A stretch of DNA of 64,000 bases, taken from sequence record PZ171035.1; one strand, 5' to 3'. The notes below the pieces were generated by a model, which saw only the letters and a program-made list of their open reading frames with translations, did no database searches and had not been told where the DNA came from. Numbering within the stretch: the first letter of the stretch is position 1; each line of letters begins with the position of its first letter. Shown piece after piece: positions 36,554 to 46,300 of the stretch. The stretch comes from a phage. A program made the translations under genes and the position numbers.

Positions 36554-37042
36554 ATGTCAGAAGAAATTAAAGTCCATTTCACCAACTACATTGGAACCAA
36601 GTGTGTAAATGGTTTCCGAATGAACAAAGAAACATACTGCAAACTTCGTGGCTGGGATGTACCAGCAAATGAAGACCCGCTAGAAGTAGGTTACTTAGTC
36701 GAGTACCCAGACTCTAAGTCCAACCAACCTCAATTCCGTGGCTATATTAGCTGGTCACCTAAAGCTGCATTTGAAGCTGCATATCGTGACGTAGAAAAGG
36801 GTTGTACCTTTGGTCATGCAGTAGAACTTATGAAAACAGGCTTCAGAATGACCCGTAAAGGTTGGAACGGAAAAGGAATGTATATCACCTTAGTATCCGG
36901 TGAAAATTGGGCCATGGATAAACATGAAAATACCGTTTGTGAGAAACGGGATTGGCTAGGCATTAAAACCGTTGATAACCAGTTTATGCCTTGGGTTCCA
37001 TCCCAATCGGATGTATTAGCCGAAGACTGGGTAATTCTATAG
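36554..37042 (+). CDS. DUF2829-domain protein (Tad2-like) with about 80-aa N-terminal extension
   Basis: C-terminal half FGHAVELMKTGFRMTRKGWNGKGMYI...DWLGIKTVDNQFMPWVPSQSDVLAEDW matches the recalled DUF2829 pattern (KGWNGKG ... PW.ASQ.DLLAEDW). Confidence 0.55.
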   Translation: MSEEIKVHFTNYIGTKCVNGFRMNKETYCKLRGWDVPANEDPLEVGYLVEYPDSKSNQPQFRGYISWSPKAAFEAAYRDVEKGCTFGHAVELMKTGFRMTRKGWNGKGMYITLVSGENWAMDKHENTVCEKRDWLGIKTVDNQFMPWVPSQSDVLAEDWVIL

Positions 37043-37050
37043 GAAACTAT

Positions 37051-37344
37051 ATGGAACTCTTTAAGAAGGGTCAGCTTATATCAAAGCGTATTGGTGGTTT
37101 ATATGTTCATCGTAAAGCCAGACACCGTTTAACCTTTGGTTGTGATGTACAAATTGATGGTAACAATTGGATTGCTGTGCCAGATACTGGAAATTCAATG
37201 GTTCATTGTAAGAAGTTAGGTATTCGCAGAAACAACGGTACTTACCAAAAGGTACATGCTGATTTTGTAGATATTTACTTTAATGCCAACAAGATTGATT
37301 ATGTAATCAAAACTGACCGAAAAGCTCTTGTAGTTAAGAAATAA
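37051..37344 (+). CDS. hypothetical protein
   Basis: ORF 36991-37344; internal ATG 37051 chosen; ends at the bidirectional terminator. Confidence 0.35.
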   Translation: MELFKKGQLISKRIGGLYVHRKARHRLTFGCDVQIDGNNWIAVPDTGNSMVHCKKLGIRRNNGTYQKVHADFVDIYFNANKIDYVIKTDRKALVVKK

Positions 37345-37350
37345 AATAGA

Positions 37351-37376
37351 AGCCCCTCATTAGAGGGGCTTTTTCA
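37351..37376. terminator. bidirectional terminator between convergent plus-strand module and vRNAP gene
   Basis: AGCCCCTC-ATTA-GAGGGGCT hairpin with T-runs on both sides (TTTTTCATTT on plus, TTCTATTTTATTT on minus). Confidence 0.65.
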
Positions 37377-37377
37377 T

Positions 37378-40300
37378 TTAGTTAGTAAGATTGAGCCACG
37401 GGTTCAGGGTATGAGCACGTAAGCCTTGACCGAAACCGAAGGAGTAACCAAGATTGCCCTGTGCAGCAATACTAAAGATGTTGTCCTGAATAGGCAGGCC
37501 AACGTTACCAAACATGGTAGGGGTTGGGGCCAACATAGCCATAGCAGCATGAACTGGGTTATTACGAATCATGGACACTGCAACTTTTGCAGAACGAATC
37601 TTAAAGTTGTAGAACCACATCAGACCAACGCTTTCCATATACCCACGGAAACGACCAGGCAGACGGTCATAGTTAATGAACTCTTCCGTTACACGTCCCA
37701 GTGCTTCTTCGCGAGTCTTACCTTTACGCTGAGTTAGTTCATCATAGATGATTGCTTTAGCAATAAAGTCAGAGTACTCAACCGTCTTCTGGATACTCTG
37801 GAACAAAGCAGTATCCTTAGTGATAAGTGCATAACGACCTGCGTTACGTACAGACTTAGGCAGCTTATCGGCTAGCTTATCCATATATTCGTGAAGTTTA
37901 CCTTCAGTAATCAGAATGTCATCACGCCCAATACCAGCATCTGCAATTGAAGAGAACTCACCAGCTTCCAATAGAGGCCAGATACTCAAACGCTTATGGC
38001 TATCCGTAATGGACTGAATCTCAGCCTTAAGTTTACGAATCTGGTTCGGGTTAGTAGCTGCACGTAATTCTGCTTCTGCATCTACCTGACGCAGGCGAGA
38101 TTTCAGGTACTGGTTAATCTCAGCAGTCTTCTGTGGAATGCTCTTAGCAATGTTCTTAACCGGTACACCACGAGCAACCATCTGGTAAAGGTTAGCCAGG
38201 AAGTTAACAGCAGGTACAACTACTGACTTAACCACAATCAGAGTCTTAGCTTCTTTAACTAAGTTTTGAACCAGGTTCTCTCCACCCATTACATATTTAT
38301 AAGCACGGTTACCGAAGACACCCAACATAGCTTTCTTGAAGGTATCCAGTGTTTCTGGGGACCAACGAGAATTACCAGACCAGGCATCACCAACGGAAGC
38401 TGCACGATAACCTAAGGCATCATTAAGCATGTCACGACGTACCCACAACTCACCTGGACCAAACAGACTTTCTGCTTTCTGACGAGTTTCACTATTCATC
38501 AGCTTAAGTGCATCGGCAGTTACTGGGTCCAGTTTAGAACCAAGAAGGTTAACGTACTGGGACTTATTAGAAGCAGACATCTTAATGTCGTTCTCATACA
38601 TGCTATGCAGGTTCTCAATTAGCATATCGTTGAAACGCTGAGCCTTAGCCTCTTCTACCTGACGACCACGCCATACACCGATTGCACGAGCAAGATGGTT
38701 CTCACCTTCAATGTGCTTCAGCATGTTAGGGTCAATAGATTGCTCGTAAGCAACTACATTACCATTAGCATCATATACAGGCAGCAGAGGTTCATTACCA
38801 CGTTCACCACGAGCAAGTGCTTTAGTGATACGGTCTACAGAAGGCTTGTCAGTGATACGACCCGCTACCATGGTTCCCATCGTAAAGCCTGTACCAAGGT
38901 CTACACCACCAGCAGTATTTCGAACGTTCTGTAAGATACCCTGTGAGAATGGGGCCTGTGCCTGTACTGGTGCGAAGTAGTAGCTACGTGCTGGACCACG
39001 GTTAGCAGAGCTACCTTGATAAGTACCCAGACGTACATAGGACTTCTCAATCAAATCACCAAACTGGCTATCTTCAGCAACAATCAGATTAACACCCTGT
39101 TTAGTCTCACTAGGGATATGCCCTTTGTACTGGTTCAGGGTTGCACGCATATCAGATTTGGCTTTAGCCATTTCATCTTTACGCTGACCAACCAGGTAAG
39201 AGGTGGCAAAGTCCATCCCATCAACTTCTGTCTGAGCCAGTGAAGATAACATCTCACGGTCGGACTTGTTCATTGCTTCCAGTGCATACAGGGTAATCAG
39301 TTTATCCAGTTGAGCTACATCTACAGTAGAGCGTGCAGCCTGACGTTCACCCAGCATACGGGAGATTGCAGTAGCATTACGCAGCAGGTTTTTACCGACA
39401 GTACCATTAATCATGTACTGAGCCAGTTGCTTAGATTTACGGTTAATCAGAGGCCAGTTACGACCAGCTTGTTTCTGCAAATCTGCTTCCAGCTTATTCA
39501 CTTCACGGTCAACAATCTTCTGGTCAGTCAGTAAGTCACGGATTTCAGCCAGTGACATAGTGTCACGCAGGACAGCTAAATCTGTTTTACCCATACCAGT
39601 ATGCATTACTTTCCACTCATCATTAGTCAGCTTACGGCTGAACTTAGATGCGATAGTAGTAGGCAGATGTTCACGGAACTGCTGACGGTCTGCCTGCACC
39701 TGTGCACGTACTGCTTTAATCAAATCGTATACAGAAGCATTGCTCTTAGTACGACCGGTTAAGTCATTAACCAGGTCATGGAAAGGTTGCCATACCTTAC
39801 CCTGGTTCATTGCAGCCATAACACCTTCAGCTACGATTGCACCATTCTTCTCTGTAGCAATAGCAGCTACCAGTTGTGCAGCATGAGCAGCACCTTTAAC
39901 CAATGGATTATTGGTATTGGCTGCAACTTCACGAGCACCTTCCAAAGCACGGGTAGATAGTACATCAATAGAATCCACCAGATACTGGTTAGCACGGTCA
40001 ATAGCATTACCAGTAGGAGTAGCAACGGAATCATAGAAGGATTCTGCATTAAGACTGGTCTGCATAATCGTCTGAGCCAGTGCATCCATACCTTCCTGTA
40101 CGTTAGTAGCTTTAGTATCACCTGCTACACGAGCATTCAGACTAGCCATTGCAGCAGTACCAATGTTAGTCAGCATTGCATCAACGGTATTACCTGATTT
40201 CTTATCTGCTTTCATGACAGGAATGTCAGCCAGTACTTTACGTACTTCTTCACTTACCATTGCCAGACCAACAAAGGTAGGCAGTAAAGAAGATCGACCT

Positions 40301-43300
40301 TGTGCATCAAACTCAATGTTGTTAGCACCCATGATGGTATCGAACTTCTGCTGTGCATAATAACGATCAGCAGGGTTAGTACTATCTGGGTCAGCCATAA
40401 ATGCTTCGACGGTCAGATTCTTAGTAACATGCGTGTAGTATTCCTGTGCACGAGCCATAGCAGCAGGGTTAACAGCAGCCTCGGTAGCCAGTGCAGCAAC
40501 AATATTGGTAAAGAGACGCTGTTCCTGCATATTCATGGTGAAGCCATGAGCCTGAACATCACGAGTTACTTTAGTTGCATTTACTACTGCATCAGAGAAC
40601 TTACCTTTGCGAATTACTTGCTGTACTGGTTCTGAACCAATGTAGTTAGTAATTAGCTTATCAAAGGTTTTCCCTAGCTCTTCCAGACGAGTATTTTCAC
40701 CATACGCTTTGTTATGGAACAGAGTAGTATCTTTGGCTACAGCAGCAGTAGGAGCTTGCCCACGCATTACTACAGCAGAGTTAAACAGTAAGCCAGAGAA
40801 CATATCTTCTGCATTAGCAGGAGCTTTCTTACGTCCAAATACCAGACGTTTGATTGCTTCATATACAGCCTGAACCATAGTTTTAAGTGCAGTGGTTTTC
40901 TTCTGCTTACTAATCAGTTCTCGGTTGGTTAAACCCCAAGCCATGTACTCGTTCAGTGCAGCAGCTTTAGCCATTGCTGGTTCAATAAAGCCATTGGATA
41001 GGTGACCATTAATGGTATTCAGTGCATCAGCATATGCTTCTCGTACTGCCGGAGATTCATCCCTAACATCCAGAGCACGGAACTGATTCATCAGGTCTTC
41101 GATGTTCTGGACTGCTTCATTAGGAGTGCCTTCATAGTGAGCCAGTACAGATTCAAAAGTAGAAGCATGTACCAATTCATGAACCAGAGTCTCTAAGGAA
41201 GGGGTAACTAAGTAGATGGTTTTATCTTCAAAGTTAGTCCAGCCGTATGCATTACCAGCTTCAGCAGCTTCAATATCTTCCGGTGCTGGGCGAGTAATGT
41301 TCTTCTCAATAGCATAGGCATCCAATTGAGCAGGTGTACCGTAAACAACTTTATAGTCTTTAGCAGCAAGGGATTTCTGTATTTCTTTCAATACTTCTTG
41401 CTGTTCAGGAGACATCTCTTTAGCCAGTTTAGTAATGGCAGTGTTAGACAGCAGACGTACACCAGACTTCAGTACACGACCAACCTGTTCCATCGCCGGT
41501 ACTTCTTCCACTGGTTCTGCTTTAGTAGCACGTACTGCTTCACGACGCTTATTTAATTCAGCATCAAACAGTTCGTTCAGCTTAGCTACTTGCTGGTCTA
41601 CAGTAAGACCTTCCAGAGAGATTTTACCGTTGTTCACATAAGGAGCACCTACGGCAGCCATCTGGTCAACAGTGACTTGTACCTGGTCCATTACCTTGTG
41701 ACGAATATCTACACCCAGAGCAATGTTACGCAGGTTACGTTCAATCTGCTCAGCACCGACACGTAACAGGTCATCAGTAGCACCCTCACGTTGGTCATAC
41801 TCCAGAGCAGACTTAGCGATAGCCTGTTTGGTTTCATCAGACAGTTTACTGAAGTCTACGTTCTTCATGAACTTAGCGTAGGAGTCATAAACATTCTTGA
41901 TAGGGTTACCCTGCCAGGAAGTATATACAGCCTCATTAGCTTTGCGACTTGCATCAGTGATGTCATTGATACCAATGTTCATACCATCAAAGATTTTCAG
42001 GGTATTCTTCGGAGCACCTTTCATAGTAGAAAGTGTCTGCATCATCATGCCATCACCAGTACCGATGGTCATAAATGGAATACCTGCAACACCTGCCTGT
42101 GAAGGAGCATAAATGCTCATTGGCACACGCATACGGTCATCTAAGTTAGTAGCCAGTACTTGGTTAGCAACATCAGTATTCTCACTACCAGCAATGTAGA
42201 AAGTCTGTGAACCAGTCTCAATCATTGGAGCCAGTGAAGATAATGATTCCTGGATTTCATTCAGTTCTTTCTGCGTTAAGAAATCACCTTTCTTCCAGGT
42301 TGGGTCTTTTTCTTTTTCTGCCAGCTTAGCCTGTACTGCTTGCTGGAACATATCCTGCAATACCAGAGATTGAATCTGGGTAGCCTTCTGCAAGTTCTCG
42401 GTAGAGTGCATCAGACCTTCACCAACAGTATTACGGATACCAGTACGCATTGGTTCAACGAACAGGTGGAGCATGTTCTCTTGTAAGTTCTTCAGGGCAT
42501 TACCGGATACGGTAAATTTCTGGGGGTCTAACTTACCAGTCAGAGCACCATCTACTTGCTGAATAGACAACTCACCTTTACGCATAACTGGAACATTACC
42601 AGTCAGTGCTTCCATAGAAGTAAGGAAAGTATCCAACATAGCCTGAGCATCAGCTTCAGACGCAGCCTCCTTACCAAACATTGCCATAGCTGGGGAAATG
42701 CTAGGGTCAGCAGCTCGTGCTTGCAGAACGTCACTGAAGCGTTCGTAGATGGTATCAGTAATTGCACTGACCATCTTGCCAGCAATACCACGAGCACCAG
42801 AACCATAGATGGTAATGGTCAGTGGGTTTTTAGCAATACCACGTTTCAGGTCCAGAGTACCGTCTTCATTCAGGTTAAAGTCTTTAATGAACAAGTCCAT
42901 TAACTTCTGGAGATGATTCATCTGGCTCATAACTGGAACGTTGTTACGGTAAGTAGTACGTAACTCATTCAGTGCTTGTTGAAGACCATTGGTAGATGCT
43001 TCATACAAGTCAACATTATCGTCGATAGAACAATGTTCGTTCATCGTTTTACCAGCACGACCAAAGAACAAACCACCTTTGGCAGTGTTCTTAATCCAGT
43101 CTGGAGTGAACTTACCACCAGTCATTAATACCATTGCGTTGATTGGGCCGTTGGTTACACCATCAGCTTCAACGTACAGTGGAGTAGTAAAATTAGCACG
43201 GTCATCACTGTTCAGGTAACGGGCATATTCCATCAGAGCCATGAGAGCTACGAAGGATTTATCACTACCCAGAGAGGTCTTCAGGATGTCTACTGCATCT

Positions 43301-46300
43301 GTCGGTAAGTGACCAGACTTATCAAACTCAACCATCATATCAACAGCAGGTTTCAGTTTACCTTCCAGAGCTTTAGTTAACTCTTCAGACATAACTTCAC
43401 GGGACATTTTATGTACCTTGATGCCTAATGCCTGAGCCAGACCTAACTGGAAGTCAGAGAACGCTTGGCTGTTTTCATTACTCAAGTCGATAGTAGAGAA
43501 GGTTGGTAGGATTGCTTCACGAACCAGCTTACTGGATTGTGGGTTGTTCTTACCAAGCATCTGCATACGACCTACACGGGTCATGTTATAACCGTAGTGG
43601 ATAGGTGTATCCAGACCATTCTCTTGTTCTCGTATCTGATTAATTACACCGAACAGAGAATCATATGCCATAGACACGGACAGGTTTTTACCTTCCAAAG
43701 ATTTAGCAGTGTTCGCGTTCAGTAATTCTGGATTAAGAGTACCAGCACCCATCAGTTCCAGAATGTTGTCACGCCCCAATGCTTCATAGAAGTTAACCAT
43801 TGGCATATGTACACGGAACTCGGTAGCCTGTTCAGCTTTCAGTGCAGCTTTCTGTTCAGGGGTATTCTTAACAGCAGGGTTACGCAACTGAGTCTGAGCC
43901 ACAGAAGGAATGTCATCACCAAAGTACATTTTCTCTTCTGGTTCTAAGAGGACAGCTTCCTCAATAGCAGTAGGGAATTTATTAATGGCATCATTGTCAT
44001 CCAACTTCTCAATGGTATACAGACCAACAGTCTTATTGGAGTCTGGGTCAATCTCAGACACATCCAACATAGACTCTTTAACTTCACCCATCTCAATGAG
44101 AGAAGACAGAATCTCTGTAGCCATTGCCATTGGGATACCTTTGGTATAACCCAGCGGTGCATTAGGATTACGATTCAAACCCCAGTAGGATTCAATCTTC
44201 TGAGCCAGTGAGTTAGTAGCTTCAACCAGGGTCTGGGCATTCTCGAACTCAGCCAGAATACCTTCTGGTAACAGAGATGCTTCTACGCCTGTAATAGCAG
44301 CTACGTCTTTCATATCTTTAATGGCAGCATTCTGTGTAGTAGTCAGTCGCCATTGCAAACCAGCAAGCACAGCAGTCTCTAACAACTGGTCGTTGAACTT
44401 AAAGGTATCCCCATCTTGTTCAACTATATTCAGCAGTTTGCCACCTACCCAACGGTTAGCTTCAGTACCTTCTGCAAAACGTTTACCAACGTTCTTATTA
44501 GCAAGGAACTTAGCCAGACGTTCAGACAAAGTAGTCTTCAGAGTTTCACCAAAGTCCATTAAGTCCTGATAACGCTTAATCACATCACTAGTGAGAGCGT
44601 TATTTTCTTTTTGAGTGAATGCCTCAAAGCGAGCAGCAGAAGACAGTGCTTGCTTAATATCAGTCAAAGGAGATTCTGAACCAATGGTACGGGACTTAGG
44701 TTCTTCCGGTAAGGTAAATGCTTTCAGGAACTGGTTCGGTGTCTTTTCATTGTTATAGACAGGGAACACTGTTTCCATTTCTGTTTTGGTTTCAGCTACT
44801 TCCTGGATGGTATCCTCATTCTTGAGAATAGCATCTACTGTTTCAGGCTTAGTAGTAGAGACTTCTTCTGTTTTTGGACTAGTCTCCTTAGTAGGAGCAG
44901 TCTTATTTTCTACCACAGGTTTAGCTTTAGGCTGTACAGTAGTAGTGTCCTCTTGCACTGGTGCAGGAGATTCATCAACCTGATTCACTGGTTCATTAGT
45001 CTGTTGAGACTGAGTGGCATCAAGACCACCTTGACGGAACTCTTTAACTACCTGGGCAGCAGGCTTGTTCAGACGTGAATCCAACGAGGTAACTTTCACA
45101 TGAGAAACATTAAGCTCCGGGTAAGCCGTAGCAAGTGCATTAGCAATATCAGCTACGGTTTTGGCTTCCAGTCCTACTTGCTGGGCAAACTTAACAGACT
45201 TGGTATCGTAAGGATTGACACCGAGGCCAGTACGACTACGTACCCATTCACGGGAAGGCGAGAGAGCCTGATAATGAACAGACTTATTCTTATCCGCATT
45301 CCCCGAAATCAGATGCTCATTCAACGCTCCGACCTTATTCTGCATGTGCTGGGCGAACTTCATAAAGTCGCTCAGATAAGCGGAGGCCAAATCGAAGTTA
45401 CCAGAGTTATACGCAGAACGAATGCGTTTCGCATGTTGCAACGCAGAGTACTGTCCTTCATTAGAACGAGACTCGTCGGTTTTAATCTGTTTACTAACAA
45501 TGTCTTGAGGACGTAAGCCTAGTTCTTCTGCTTTAGCGTCGAACTCACGTGCACCCTGTAACAAGGCAGCAGCAGATTGCAGGGCAGCACGTTGACGATT
45601 ACCCAATGTAATCTTACCTTCACTTGCATGTTTCAGAACCATGTTCACTGAATCCGCATCCAGTACTTCTGGAGATACATCAGCAGCCATAGCAATATTG
45701 TTTGCTTGGGCTTGGTTAGCTTCTTCAGTAGCTTTCAGCTTACCTGCTTCAGCCTGTTCCTGAATCATGGAATGGATAGCACGGAATGCACGAAGTACTT
45801 TCGGGGTATTCTGTACGTTAGCCATCAGGCCGGAGAATTGGTCTACGATTGCAGCAGCAGGAGAACCCTGTTCAAGATTAGCCAGAGCACCTGGGTCACG
45901 GTTAATGAAGCTATCCATAGACATGATGTTGTCATACATCTGGATTGCAGCTTCCATTTGAACGTTAGGGTCTTCGGCAGTATTAACCAGGTCAGCCATC
46001 TTCTGAATAGCTTCAACACGGTTAGTGGAACCAGAAACAGCTTCACGGATTGCCGGGTTAGCTTGTTCCAATTCTACCGGGTCAAACTTCATTGCCTGAG
46101 TTAAGTCAGCAGCATACTGGGTAGCAGCAGCTTTCTCTTCTGGAGTGATGTCCATTGCATCCACTGCTTCTTGTACAGTTGCCTGTGCTTGTTCTGCCTG
46201 AGCAGCAGCTTCCTGTGCAGCAGCATTAACCGTAGCATCAGCTACAGGGGATGCTTGTTCATTACGCTTAGCAACTTCTTCACCACGTTGAATCAGGATG

